Of a DNA stretch of 64,000 nt, positions 27,466 to 38,455 are shown piece after piece. Origin of the DNA: a virus; the IMG/VR virus record IMGVR_UViG_3300025703_000001, positions 1 to 64,000 of that record. One strand, 5' to 3'. The notes beneath the pieces are model-generated. The model made no database searches. It saw only the letters and a program-made list of their open reading frames with translations, and was not told the DNA's origin. The position numbers were made by a program, and so were the translations under genes. Within the stretch, counting starts at the first letter, position 1, and the number at the start of each line of letters is the position of its first letter.

Positions 27466-28749
27466 TCATGATTCCTCCGTACAGTGAATCCAGGGTCGAC
27501 CTTCGGAATCATAACCGCACGCACGATCCGAACCGCACGTCGCGCAAATGGTTCCTATAGACCTTTCTGGATCAGGTTCCCAATCGTACTCAACTTCCAC
27601 AACATCGGTGCCGTTGAAAACATGGTCCCAAAATTCCCCATCATCCATAGAGTCTCGCAAATCGGCTTCTGGACACAGATGGCGGAACGGACGAACCTCG
27701 GTCATGGCTACCAAGTTCCTCCTGCCATTTCGTACAGATCGTCGGCCAGCACTTTGCAATGAGACACCAGTGTTCCAAGATCCAACGAATTGGCCGTGCC
27801 CTCTTCTGCCTTAAGTGCGTAACCGTACGCCAGCCCCGCCACTGACGCCAGAATTTGCGTTGGTGACGGCGACAACGATTCAGCTCGCTCAAACAGTTCC
27901 GTTTGAATATCGGGGGCACTCATGGGGCGCATATCCCGTTTTCACGCAGGTACGCGTCGGCCAACGTTTCCGCAACCTCCTGCACCCTCTCATCTGTGGC
28001 GTCGTCGTCCACGCCAAGCAATTGACGCCGCACCCAGCCGCTCACTTCAGATCGACTGGGCATGGTGTCCCATCCAAAATCCGACGAATGGCACCGAACG
28101 TAATCCCACCCGTAGGTGAACGGATATCGGGTCGGAATGTATCGCTCGGGATTCGATGGACGCCCCTCTATCTGAGCAATCGTAGCGTCAACGCTACCCA
28201 GGAAGTCTTGCGTCTGAATAGGGCTACTTTCATCCATCACTCTTCTCCTCGCCATTTCAGGTGGCTACGTCCCTCGTCGGTCATCATGGGGACCAACGCT
28301 GCGGCGGTATCCGAGACAGTCCAATCTACGCCGTCCTGGCAACCCCACCCGGTATAGTCGTTCCACGCCTCCAGATAGCCCCAGCGCCCATCAGCGAAGC
28401 GCATCACACCATATAGCGACAGCTCCGTGCCGATGTCCTCATCGTCACCATTAGATGTCCACCAGATTTCCACGACTTCGCTCGGGACAGGACGGTCCTC
28501 AATCAGAGTGCCAGTAACGTCTCGCCACTGGTAAGAGGCTTCCGTAATGGAGCGCCACTCGCTGTAGCCGTAGTCACTACGGGCCAACGGCTCTGGCAAC
28601 CCTTTGGGTGGTGAAGGAAAGCCCACGATTTCAGACATTGCGCGTATCCCAACACTCTTGCAGCCATTCCTGGTTGCACGCCACGCACACGTCAGGGTAC
28701 TCCTGCGGGTCGTAACTCTCGTAGCCAGCGATGACCTCGGTCTCGCCAC
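27466..28749 (-). CDS. Four small hypothetical genes (ORFs ending at 27466, 27708, 27920, 28237)
   Basis: Tightly chained minus-strand ORFs downstream of the 28.8 kb promoter; exact starts uncertain. Confidence 0.55.
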
Positions 28750-28798
28750 AGTAGATGCACTTACCCTCTCGGGTCGCCGTCTTCATTGCGTTGGTCAT
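28631..28798 (-). CDS. Leaderless 55 aa zinc-ribbon protein (MTNAMKTATREGKCIYC...CVAC)
   Basis: ATG 6 nt after CATACT -10; two CxxC pairs. Confidence 0.65.
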   Translation of the reverse strand: MTNAMKTATREGKCIYCGETEVIAGYESYDPQEYPDVCVACNQEWLQECWDTRNV

Positions 28799-28804
28799 AA
28801 ATCA

Positions 28805-28833
28805 AGTATGCGCCTCGGTGTCGTCTATGTCAA
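28805..28833 (-). promoter_or_regulatory. Promoter TTGACA-N17-CATACT (leaderless)
   Basis: Same architecture as promoters at 23.6 and 43.3 kb. Confidence 0.75.
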
Positions 28834-29157
28834 GCCGTTTGACCTGCGATTGTATAGAAAATTGGTGGCGGGTGAGGTATCAAGCAACTTTTCGGTTACT
28901 CTGCCGTCGCCGTAGTGCCGAACCGATGCATTCCCATTCTCCGTTTACGTGCCGTCGCACTCTTTCCTGACCACCTGCTAACTATAGTATATCTTTCGTT
29001 TGAATCCAGGAGTATTCAGACATCAGAACGGTGCCACCGACTCTCGATTCCCCACGGTGGACTTCCCGCGTAATCGGCCCCGATATCCGAAAGTTAAGGG
29101 TTAGCTCGTGACACGGGCGTGCTGGTTTGTTGATCGTGTCGTTACACCACACCGTTC

Positions 29158-29439
29158 TCATGCTTGAAGTTTTCTCCGGGCCTCATTGCGCATCTGAATG
29201 TGCTTGACTAAAGCGGTCTGAAGCTTGTCCACGGTCTCGTCATCCAGACAGACTTCATTATCGTGCCACGCATGCCGCAGTGCCAGCCACGCCCAGCGAA
29301 AGCGCCCCCATTGCTTGGCTATGGCTGGTGACCAGATCGTCAGAAAAAGCGTTCCATCTTCCCACCCATCCAATCCGATGGCATGCGAGTGGCACGCGTC
29401 CACGATCAGGCATTCGTCAATCGTCTTGTTGTCCAGCAC
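29158..29439 (-). CDS. Hypothetical protein
   Basis: AGGAG RBS before GTG. Confidence 0.55.
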   Translation of the reverse strand: MLDNKTIDECLIVDACHSHAIGLDGWEDGTLFLTIWSPAIAKQWGRFRWAWLALRHAWHDNEVCLDDETVDKLQTALVKHIQMRNEARRKLQA

Positions 29440-29932
29440 GCCAGCTCCTAACGATTTTAAGCGGTCGGTTCGCCATGTGAGCGTCTATCTTGTCTCCATG
29501 TTGCCGAAGCCACCCTAGCAGGATATTACAGCGGTTACAGAGCAATCCACGGATGCAATTCTCGCAGCCCTTATTCATGGGATGATCCCGGTCGCAGCAC
29601 GGAGCGTCCCAGTCGTGATCAACACCCATAGCGCCCATACCATACGACCTCGGATCACCGCAGATATTGCAGGCGTCCTTCTGCAAGATATGGAAGATGT
29701 CGTCGTACTCCAAAAGGGTCATCGTCCAGGCCCGCATAAGCGTGATCGCTCTGACCAATGGACGCCGACATTCTTTGCACGTGTCATAATGGCCATCCGG
29801 CTTGCGCTTAAGCTTGTGAAACTGTGCCAGTGGCTTTTCTATCCCGCAAGTATCGCAGACCTTCAGGGGGCCTTCGTTGAGTTCGGCTTCACGCCGCTCA
29901 ATCATTTCCTTGCGTAGTCGCGTATAACCCAA
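29417..29932 (-). CDS. Recombination endonuclease VII family protein
   Basis: CNICG...VDHD...CIRGLLCNRCNILLG with N-terminal CDTC...CKEC. Confidence 0.88.
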   Translation of the reverse strand: MGYTRLRKEMIERREAELNEGPLKVCDTCGIEKPLAQFHKLKRKPDGHYDTCKECRRPLVRAITLMRAWTMTLLEYDDIFHILQKDACNICGDPRSYGMGAMGVDHDWDAPCCDRDHPMNKGCENCIRGLLCNRCNILLGWLRQHGDKIDAHMANRPLKIVRSWRAGQQDD

Positions 29933-29973
29933 GTGCTAACTCCAGTTATCTTTTTGAGAAGATATGAGCAGAT

Positions 29974-30447
29974 TCATCCATGCTCCTCGATAAATGCGTT
30001 CATGACGGCGACGTCAGCCCTTGTCAGTCCGATTTCTGGATCAGGATTCACCACCAGATACGGAAAGCCTACCTGAAACAACGGACCATCTACGTCCAGG
30101 GCCGGGATATCGTCCTCTGCCCAGATGAACGATTCCCCAACGGTAGCGTATTCCGCAACCGCGTGATATTTACCAACCACCGCAGGATATGGGTGGCGCT
30201 GGACCACGGGCAGTGGTGACCAACCAAAGTGCGGCGCAATAATGTCATTCGCTGCGGCGTCCCATGTTGTCAGCCAACATAGTTCGGCAGCCAGCGTTCC
30301 CAATGCGATACCCATTTCTAGAGAAAGGTGTAACTGAGAGAACCGCCACGGAACATCAAGATGATCCCAGCTGCCCCACTCAGACGGAAACTTGGGCGTC
30401 TGGGGCATCGGTGACAAGACGCCATCAACGTCCAACATGATTCTCAT
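29974..30447 (-). CDS. HAD-superfamily hydrolase (Swiss-army-knife RNA-repair-like HAD)
   Basis: MLDVDGVL, WLTTW, FIWAEDD, GLT motifs. Confidence 0.85.
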   Translation of the reverse strand: MRIMLDVDGVLSPMPQTPKFPSEWGSWDHLDVPWRFSQLHLSLEMGIALGTLAAELCWLTTWDAAANDIIAPHFGWSPLPVVQRHPYPAVVGKYHAVAEYATVGESFIWAEDDIPALDVDGPLFQVGFPYLVVNPDPEIGLTRADVAVMNAFIEEHG

Positions 30448-30466
30448 CGTCTGAAAGTAACGATAT

Positions 30467-31894
30467 TCATTCTGTATCGGTTCCGTTGGGCGGAGGCAAC
30501 CGATACAGAACGTACCGATCCGCCAATTGAATGGGGTCTTCCAGGTAGTCGCCTAGCAGAACGCGCCACGCCTCTTGCGGCCATGAATGCGGCGGAACGT
30601 ATCCTGTCGAGAGGTTGTCGTATTGACGTTGCAGCTCGTCCCGTTCCCGTTCAATCTGCTTGGCTAGTTTTTCCCACCGATCAGCCTCAGCAGTCCAATG
30701 CAGACGACTACAGACAAGGCAACGGCCTTCCGCGTCAATGATTGGCTCGATCTCGGGTTCATGTGGGTGCTTTGTACTGACTTCGTTAACGGCCATCAGT
30801 AAATCCACGCATTCCGCGCTTCTGCCCAACCTCTTGCTCTTACGCGATCCATCTCTCTTAGTCGCTCTCGTAGTTCTTCTGCCGCCTTGGGACTGAGGTT
30901 GGGAACCAGTAGACACGATGATTTATGAAGGGTGCCCGGCATATGAATGGCGACGCCGGGGATGTCAGGATTGTCGGGCGCTGGAGTACAGCCGCACTCG
31001 GGACACGGTACATAAGAACCATCATCCTGCCATCCGGTCTCATTCAAGCACGTCCAGTATCGATGTTTTGCCCCGCACACTTCAAAATCACCAAACCCAG
31101 TCTGGATCATCCATCCACCGGGTAGTCGCGCCACACCCATATCGTCGCTATCGTACGAGCCGTCAGAGGCGAGCCATTCCATTTCTATCGTGTCGTAAAC
31201 CATCAACTTTCCCTCACGGGTTCGTAACTGGTCTCGGACTCAGGAAACTCCGTAGTCACCCATTCGATCCGTAACGGCTTAGACTTTGCGCGCACCGACC
31301 AGCATATGCGGTCCTGCGTGTCGTTATCAAGATAGCACGCTACCCACCAGGCATTGGCGTCCATCTGCTCAGCCCTGAACATCGTAACGTCCCTGACGAA
31401 GATGTCGTCCATGAGCGCGTCGGGATCGTCATTGCCCCGTTCGTCCGGGCGTAGGGCGATGCGATATTCTTTGCCATCACCCCAAGGCGATAGTTCCGCC
31501 ATTCTGCGACGAACCTTGTTCATAGCGTCCATCAGGTTGCCGTTCATCTGGGCGAGAAAAGCATACTCGTCCTGATCCCGTTTGTTCACGCCCCACCGCC
31601 CAACCCATCCGACACGAACTGCTCGGCATTCCCCGAATCGTCCGCCCTATTCGCCCACCGCACGGCAGCCACGGACTCGTCGTCGCCCATCATCCAGGCG
31701 TTAGCGTACACGTGGCCCCACGCTAGCGTCATCAGCTCGTAGTGGGCCTCCAGGCTCGTGAGTTGGTCGGACTCCGGTACTCGCTCCATCCATCCGCACG
31801 AGCAGCGGGCCAGTTCCATATCCTTCTGTGGATCGCCAACGTCCACATTATGGCGGATAATGTTCACCACGGGTAATCGTCCTCTCCGTCGCAA
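30467..31894 (-). CDS. Four small hypothetical genes (ORFs ending at 30467, 30796, 31203, 31586)
   Basis: Chained ORFs with start/stop overlaps; starts uncertain. Confidence 0.5.
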
Positions 31895-31990
31895 CTTGGA
31901 TTAGTACAGTAGGGCCACGACGCACCATCGTCGTCACGCATGGGCGCCCCACAATACTCACACACGGCCCACGTCGGTTCCTCGGCCACA

Positions 31991-33295
31991 CTAAGAGGCG
32001 TAGAACGCCTTGATGGCGGCGATGGAGTTCGGACCCGTGGTGGAGTTAAACGAACCACCCTGCTGAGTAGTTGCCTGGAAATTCGTAATCCACTGGTAGC
32101 CATTTGCTTCAGCATGGTTCAACAGGTCCGTCCAGTACGTCGGGTCGTCCGATCCATTATTACCGCACTCACAGAAGCCAGCAAACGCAACACCCTTCTG
32201 GCTAGCCAACTGCTCAAACGGAGCAGCCTGGGCAATCACGCCAGCAGCGCCCGATCCGGTGTCGCCGGGGTTGTCGTAGCCATCCGGAGCAATGACGACA
32301 TCGCCATTAACGCCAGCGCCGGGGAACGTGTCTGTCTGGGTGCGCCCGGTCTTCTGGTTACCAACCTGATTCACGTTCGGGCAGTAGGCGAACAGGAACT
32401 TGGCGCCATTCACGGCACGCATCCACGCGCACTGATTGTTGAACTGCGTGATGAACTGAGCCGCAGTGAACGCGTTCTCGTTCCACGAATTCTCCCAACC
32501 GTTGACGCCCTGGTTGCCCTCCCACATCCACGGGATAATGGCGTTGGCCTGCCCGTTTGCGACAAGCAGAGTGCCGAGAGCAGTGCATTGCGCTTGCGTC
32601 AGAACGCCCATCTTCAGCATCAGGCGCTTGCCCTTGAGGTATGCCGTGCGGGCAGACGAAAAACTGTAGGTGGTGGCGTTATTGTCGCCGTAGTCGAGAA
32701 CGATGCTCGGCGTCTGGACATAGTTGCCAGCGTGGTACTCGCCCCACGGCGGCTTGCCTGTCGGTGGCGGAGGCGGCGGCGTCACGGCACTGACGGTGAT
32801 CACCACGGTCTCGCTAGCCTTCTGCGCTGGCGATCCTGAGTCAGTCACCGAAACCGTCACCGTTGACGTACCTGCGGCGGTCGGCGTCCCGCTGATCTTT
32901 GTGCCGCTAAACGACAATCCAGCAGGGAGTCCCGTCACCGTGAATGCGTACGGAGCGGTCCCACCGGATGCGGTCGGAATGATGGCGGCGATAGGCGTGC
33001 CAACGGGACCAGACTGAGCGGCGATTGGGGCAAGCACCAGTTGAGTCGGCGGCGGGGGCGTCAGGTCTGCGGCAAGTGCGGTAGCGCCCTGCTGCGCCGT
33101 AGCCGCCTGGAATGCGATAAATGCCACGTGCGTCTCGGCCGATTGGAGCGCGGTAATGGCAGACGCCACGTCGGGTGGCGATTCCTGAAGGTCTGCCATC
33201 GCTTGACCCTCAAACGTTACGGCGGGGCCAGAGTGCTCGTAGATGTTCTCTACGGCGGTGGCGACTGTGGCTAGGTCAGTTTGGGTCTGAGTCAT
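31991..33295 (-). CDS. GH26-like glycoside hydrolase with putative Ig (He_PIG) domain
   Basis: ASGGTAPYAFTVTGLPAGLSFSGTKISGTPT (He_PIG); IPWMWEGN, FAYCPN, IAPDGYD, FCECG (GH26-like barrel); no signal peptide. Confidence 0.8.
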   Translation of the reverse strand: MTQTQTDLATVATAVENIYEHSGPAVTFEGQAMADLQESPPDVASAITALQSAETHVAFIAFQAATAQQGATALAADLTPPPPTQLVLAPIAAQSGPVGTPIAAIIPTASGGTAPYAFTVTGLPAGLSFSGTKISGTPTAAGTSTVTVSVTDSGSPAQKASETVVITVSAVTPPPPPPTGKPPWGEYHAGNYVQTPSIVLDYGDNNATTYSFSSARTAYLKGKRLMLKMGVLTQAQCTALGTLLVANGQANAIIPWMWEGNQGVNGWENSWNENAFTAAQFITQFNNQCAWMRAVNGAKFLFAYCPNVNQVGNQKTGRTQTDTFPGAGVNGDVVIAPDGYDNPGDTGSGAAGVIAQAAPFEQLASQKGVAFAGFCECGNNGSDDPTYWTDLLNHAEANGYQWITNFQATTQQGGSFNSTTGPNSIAAIKAFYAS

Positions 33296-33340
33296 AACGC
33301 TCTTTCTGTTGGGGGGATCTCGAAAGTAGTTCAGCATCGC

Positions 33341-33441
33341 GCATTCTATCCGCTCGGTTCGGGCATTCTACACGCTCGTTCGTTCTCGTAACCTTTAATA
33401 GTGACGGTCCTTAGTAAAGGATAGGGTCGTTTCCTTTACTA
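33341..33441. repeat. Tandem imperfect 21-22 bp repeat plus inverted repeat upstream of the GH26 gene
   Basis: GCATTCTAtcCGCTCGgTTCG and GCATTCTAcaCGCTCGTTCG; TAGTAAAGGA-N10-TCCTTTACTA. Confidence 0.6.
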
Positions 33442-33493
33442 TAGCGTGACCGAATACTGTGGATTCTCTTCAAAATGTATACTTTTGCAAGCA

Positions 33494-34558
33494 CTACAGG
33501 TAGACGCCCGCTCGGGCGTCGCTGATCCCACTACCAATCTGCGAATGGCGCTGTGCCTCAAAGAGTTCCGCCAGTGTAGCCTCACCGCGAACGTTACCCT
33601 CGCTCCACTGGCTGGCCTCAGATGCGGACATGCGCGGCACTTCGATATTCGCGATACAGCGGCCGGGACGCATGATGGCCTCGTGCAGCTTGACAACCGG
33701 CGCATTTGTCGTCATCAGGACGAGAACATTCAGCCCCTGTCCGATCATGCCATCACCAAGATTGAGCAGACGAGAGATGGCCTGTCCAACGTTTTTCTTA
33801 GCGTCAGGGGTCAGGAATTCCTCGGCGTCCTCCACAATGACCAGTCGCCAGCGGTCACCGATCGCCTCGTCCAACAACACCTGCATCAGATAGCCACCAC
33901 GCATGAACATATCGTCCGCGTCCACCACGTAGACCAGATCACACCACGACTTCCACGCATCGGCCAGCGCACGAATAGCGGTTGTCTTTCCAGTGCCAGC
34001 GGGACCGTGCAGCAACATGATGCGCCCAGTCTCAATATTCGCTGGCCTCAGTTCCATCAGGTCAGACAGGGCCTCGCGTGCTTTTGAAGCGTAGTTGCCC
34101 TTAATCTCGTCCCACTTCGGCACCACCAGTCTGCGGGTCCGAGAATTGGCAGACATGCCACCCCAATACCAGAAATCCATATTGACCGTTCCGTCAGGTG
34201 GCTTCTCCAAAAGCGGCAGCGACTCCGTAATCTGGTCCAATAGCGCATGGCATTGTTCCCAGCCGTTAGGTCCATCCACCAGCACATTGAGGGACATGCT
34301 GTTCCGCAGGGACGTCGCTCGCACCCAAGCGTCGTTACCGACCTTCCAGAGTACGTTCTGCTCGTCGTCATTGGCGTCATTCCAGGTACCGACAAGTTCG
34401 CCACCCGAGACCTTCATTTCGACAGCGGTCGTCGCGGTAGGGTAGCCGCCCCTAACCACCTCATGCGGCGCAGCCATATCGGCCTTGATCTTGTGATAAC
34501 GACCGAGGACGTGGATGGCACCGCTGTCCATCGTATATTGCACCGACAAATCGGTCAT
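33494..34558 (-). CDS. AAA+ ATPase (DUF5925-like actinobacterial type)
   Basis: AGGAG RBS; GPAGTGKT Walker A, IVEDAE Walker B, TTN sensor, RPGRC arginine finger. Confidence 0.88.
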   Translation of the reverse strand: MTDLSVQYTMDSGAIHVLGRYHKIKADMAAPHEVVRGGYPTATTAVEMKVSGGELVGTWNDANDDEQNVLWKVGNDAWVRATSLRNSMSLNVLVDGPNGWEQCHALLDQITESLPLLEKPPDGTVNMDFWYWGGMSANSRTRRLVVPKWDEIKGNYASKAREALSDLMELRPANIETGRIMLLHGPAGTGKTTAIRALADAWKSWCDLVYVVDADDMFMRGGYLMQVLLDEAIGDRWRLVIVEDAEEFLTPDAKKNVGQAISRLLNLGDGMIGQGLNVLVLMTTNAPVVKLHEAIMRPGRCIANIEVPRMSASEASQWSEGNVRGEATLAELFEAQRHSQIGSGISDARAGVYL

Positions 34559-34622
34559 TGTTCTCCTGTCGTAATAGCGTGATTTTCAGACTTGGCGCGG
34601 CAGGAGCGCCGCTGCCACGTCT

Positions 34623-34862
34623 TCACTGACGCCCATCAATGAGCAGTACCGCGGCGTTGCGCTCGCTGTACGCCTTCAGCTTCTCAGCCTTCTCGTACTT
34701 CGCCGCTTCGATCCATTCGTCCCGTTCCCCCTTTAGCTCTGCTATGCGGTCCAGAGCATCGTCCAGTTCGTCGCTCACCTTGAGCCATGCGGCGTAGTTG
34801 GCGTCCCGCTCTTTCTCCGTGCGTTCAACACGGTTGCGCCAATAAAGCGTGGTGTCAGGCAT
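34623..34862 (-). CDS. Coiled-coil protein, paralog of 24615-24770
   Basis: GAGGAG RBS; shared ERDANYAAWLKVSDELD. Confidence 0.65.
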   Translation of the reverse strand: MPDTTLYWRNRVERTEKERDANYAAWLKVSDELDDALDRIAELKGERDEWIEAAKYEKAEKLKAYSERNAAVLLIDGRQ

Positions 34863-35469
34863 CGTACTCCTCTAGCGCCGCAGCGGCGACGGCCCTGTAG
34901 TAAGGCACGGCGTCCTCGGGTGTCGCCACCATCTCGTTCTTGATCCGTTGCAGCGCATGGCGCAGGGCGGCGATCTGTCCTTCCAGCACCCCCACACGTT
35001 TCATTGCCGCATTGCGGTACTTGGCATGACGATCTGCCAACTCGTCCAACTTGTGGCCCCGTTCCTCGTACTCGGCTTCCAGCGCCTGAACCCCGCACTC
35101 AATCGGGTCGCTGTCGCAATGCCGGTGCGCTCCGTTTTGCGGAGGCCCTGGAAACAGCTCGTCACCCCGGAGACAGGGATGGGTGAAAACTCTCTCAGAG
35201 AAGGCGTCGACGCAAACGTCAACCAAACAGGTCCATGACGTGCAAGGCTCTTTAGTGAGCGGGCACGTAGGCCGATGCCGGGGTGGCACCAGCCAGGGGC
35301 TATGGCGGGCTTTATCCCTCTCCTTGAGTGCTTGTATTAGCCGCTGGTAATCAGTCACCTCAAACGCCATGGGTCTCCTTCCCGTATTTCTGCCAGACCG
35401 GGTGACCCTGTTCGTCATAGCCTCTGACTCGATATGATCCGATGTCTGGCAGCGGGTATTTTTCGGCAC
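34855..35469 (-). CDS. Hypothetical protein
   Basis: Cys-rich middle and coiled-coil C-terminus; likely start at MAFEVTD (AGGAG RBS). Confidence 0.55.
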   Translation of the reverse strand: MPKNTRCQTSDHIESEAMTNRVTRSGRNTGRRPMAFEVTDYQRLIQALKERDKARHSPWLVPPRHRPTCPLTKEPCTSWTCLVDVCVDAFSERVFTHPCLRGDELFPGPPQNGAHRHCDSDPIECGVQALEAEYEERGHKLDELADRHAKYRNAAMKRVGVLEGQIAALRHALQRIKNEMVATPEDAVPYYRAVAAAALEEYDA

Positions 35470-35906
35470 ATGCCACCTCTAACGCGGCAACAACTATTGG
35501 CGGCAGTGGCTCCCTGTGATTGGCTCCATAGGGCATCGGATTCTCCTCTGCAAACTCACTGGCCATGCCATGATTCATTCCAGCCTTGCGCGCCCAGCGA
35601 TATGCCCGATCTTCTTCAAACGTAGACGCTGGTGGTGAGGGCAACCCATCCCGCCCCGATCGTTTACTCATCATCGCCTTGCATCCTTGTGTTGCCTGCA
35701 AACGGGGACACGCCACACCCCATCCCACTCCAACCACGTCGCGGGATTACCACAGTATGCACACTGGGTATGTGGCGGAGGACGGTCGGTATCAGACACC
35801 CGGCGTGCGTCTCCTCGCCCAACGCTCCCGCCAACTACCGATCGGAGCATTCCAAAACCAGTGCGACCAGAGCCGGGTGGGTCGACGCGGGCACCATGGC
35901 GCCCTT

Positions 35907-36194
35907 TTAACGCTCACAGTAAAGGTCCCTCAGGTATTTGGCACGATATATACACAGGTCGTCGCCAACCATCTGGAGCAACTTCTGAATGGCAGTGCGG
36001 GCGGCTTCTGAGTTTGACGCTGCGACAATAAGTGCGATCTCTTCTTCGTTAGACAGCGACGTGCGGCGGTCGTATGCGGCGATGAACGGGCACTCGGGAT
36101 CGTCGGCGCACGCCGACGAGCAGATGTGTGGCCGTTCTGGCTTCGGTCCCTTCGGACCTACGACTTCAGACATCATAACCACGCAACCGGCCAT
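35907..36194 (-). CDS. Hypothetical protein
   Basis: AGGAG RBS; ORF in chain. Confidence 0.5.
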   Translation of the reverse strand: MAGCVVMMSEVVGPKGPKPERPHICSSACADDPECPFIAAYDRRTSLSNEEEIALIVAASNSEAARTAIQKLLQMVGDDLCIYRAKYLRDLYCER

Positions 36195-36865
36195 CTCGAT
36201 ACTCCTGTTCGCCGTGCTTGCGACAGAGCGTATATCCGCTGCGAGTCCACATTATGTGGTGCCCGTAGCGACAGCGGTCAAACTGGGCTATCAGTCGTCT
36301 AGTCAATCTCCCGCGCTCCTTCCGTGTGTTCGTCGGGGGTGAGGCCGCACTCGTGCAAGGGTTCGGTGGGGAGGGGCGGGGTCATTCGTGCTCCAATTCT
36401 CGCGCCACTTCCCATTCGCAATCCCACCCCCAGGTCACCGGCGTCCATGATTTCGCCGCACCCGTCGCAGTTCAGATTGATGGTTCTGCGTATTGACATC
36501 AGATCGCTTCCTGGGCCAGTGACAACTGTGTCTACGATCTTGTTTCTGTGCCCTGACGTAATCGGCTTTACTCATGAGGGAAAGTGTCGACTTTCAACCA
36601 TTGTGAGATATTAGCCAATTTTCGTAGCACTCCTGCACGCGAGGACATGGCGGGTGTGTCGCATCCTCGCCCCGCGGGCCGCATTGACATGGTTCCAGCG
36701 AAACACCGCACCAACCGCGCCCGTCGTCTAACCGCTGTCCCCGTCGACTACACGCCCACTCCCCATTCACCCACACCATGAACCGCGCCCCATGCACTTC
36801 GCAACGGTCGGCCAATGTACGGGCACGTATGCCAGTTCCTGGCTCGGCCCAAGAGTCCATCACCA

Positions 36866-37207
36866 TCACGCAGTCCTCCGGTCCACTTCCTTCTGAGTCC
36901 ACCCGCGGGCCACGGCGGTCCGAGCGGACTTCAGGGTGTTGTAGTACATGGCGATTTCGGTGTTGGTCGGAATGTGGACCACAATCCAAGGAGTGCCAAC
37001 ATCCTCGACCCGCTCAAAATGCCAGATTCCGTCAACCGTGTCAGCGGCCCAGCACTCTTTGCGAGTGGCGCCACCAGGGTCGCTCATGTGCCGGAACGTG
37101 CCTCGCATAACCTTGTTGGTGATTTCGGGAAGCTCGGTCTTGGTCATGGGTATATTTTGCGCCCCAATCAGGTCGTTGTCAATGCCTGTGACCTGCATTT
37201 TTGTCAC
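36866..37207 (-). CDS. Hypothetical protein
   Basis: GTGA-coupled to the ADP-ribosyltransferase stop. Confidence 0.55.
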   Translation of the reverse strand: MTKMQVTGIDNDLIGAQNIPMTKTELPEITNKVMRGTFRHMSDPGGATRKECWAADTVDGIWHFERVEDVGTPWIVVHIPTNTEIAMYYNTLKSARTAVARGWTQKEVDRRTA

Positions 37208-37998
37208 TTTTTAGGTGGTAGAACGGTGCCGTATACGTCATATACCCCGTTCATGCGTTGTTCCACCCTAGACACGGCCACCCTAGATCCTCGCTCTAGC
37301 AACAATTCCCGCTCTATGGGATTGTTGGAAACGCCCTTCATGGAAACGCCGTTCGTACCTTCTGGCACCAGCAGGTGCATCGTGACCCCACCGATATGGT
37401 GTTCGTCACCCACCGTGGTCGACATATAGGCGTTATCCGTGATGACCTTGTGATCCAGGTCTTTCGGGTCGCCAGAAATGGCATCCGTAGGGATATTCCT
37501 TGTCACTTCCACATTCTGCCCCAGCGGTCGCATGGTCTGATCAATGCGCCCGACTTCGGGGTTGCTATCGTCACCAGCGCGCAACGCTACGTTCGTACTG
37601 AGAAAGCTGTCGCCAGAATATCGGTTCAGCGTATTTTGATCTGCCGACGACAACTTAGGAGTGTTCAGATCGTCCATTGACTTGACGGTGCCAGCGCTCT
37701 GGGCTTTGTCTATGGCGTTATTGACGTACTCCCGGTCTGCGTCCGTAAGCGCCGAGACGTGTTCAGAATCAATGCTAGAGGCACCATGGATGTCAGAGGG
37801 TTCACCGTGGGCGTCGTGGGCCGACCCACCGCCAGCATCGCGGGGATGAGGCACGTACGGGTGTTCAGCGTCCCAAGTGGCCCAGTCTTTTTCTAGCGGA
37901 CCCTGTTCGTCCTCTACCACCATCTTGGTAACTTCGCCGTTGTCTACAGTGGCACGCAGTCGCCAGGTCCATTCAGTCATGTCGTAATACTCAGACAT
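37204..37998 (-). CDS. ADP-ribosyltransferase, VIP2/Alt-like (R-S-E clade)
   Basis: YSG...NVALR, VTR (Arg), AYMSTT, ERELLLERG (ExE). Confidence 0.88.
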   Translation of the reverse strand: MSEYYDMTEWTWRLRATVDNGEVTKMVVEDEQGPLEKDWATWDAEHPYVPHPRDAGGGSAHDAHGEPSDIHGASSIDSEHVSALTDADREYVNNAIDKAQSAGTVKSMDDLNTPKLSSADQNTLNRYSGDSFLSTNVALRAGDDSNPEVGRIDQTMRPLGQNVEVTRNIPTDAISGDPKDLDHKVITDNAYMSTTVGDEHHIGGVTMHLLVPEGTNGVSMKGVSNNPIERELLLERGSRVAVSRVEQRMNGVYDVYGTVLPPKK

Positions 37999-38155
37999 TC
38001 AGTCACCCTTCGGAGCGTATTCCTCATCCATCTGGTCGAGCAATTGCCCTAGTTGCGTGTGAAATCCACGGACATGCTGGAAGTTTTCATCCACTTCGTT
38101 TGTAACGGGTCCGTACGTGGTACGCACCTTGATGTTCTGCGTTCCTTCTACCCGA

Positions 38156-38455
38156 TTAGCCGACAGGGTCATTTTCTATCTCCTTAATTTGGAAGTGGCA
38201 CGGACACGGACAATGCCATCCACCGAGAACCCCCGGCAGGTGCTGTCCTTTGGGACAATGTTCATGATCTGGCTCAGGTGCTGGAAAGACCATCGGCTTG
38301 CCATCTAGGTCAAGGACACCAAAGTCAATCTCCCTAGGATAGCACTGCTGCGTGTACTGATGGGCACTCATGACCGAATACCTATACATTCCTTCACGGA
38401 TACCGCACAAACGTAACGTTACCCTGATGTTCAGATCGTAGTCGCCCGACCTCAT
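38156..38455 (-). CDS. Hypothetical protein with C-terminal CPCPCH motif
   Basis: Zinc-binding tail common in actinophage early genes. Confidence 0.5.
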   Translation of the reverse strand: MRSGDYDLNIRVTLRLCGIREGMYRYSVMSAHQYTQQCYPREIDFGVLDLDGKPMVFPAPEPDHEHCPKGQHLPGVLGGWHCPCPCHFQIKEIENDPVG

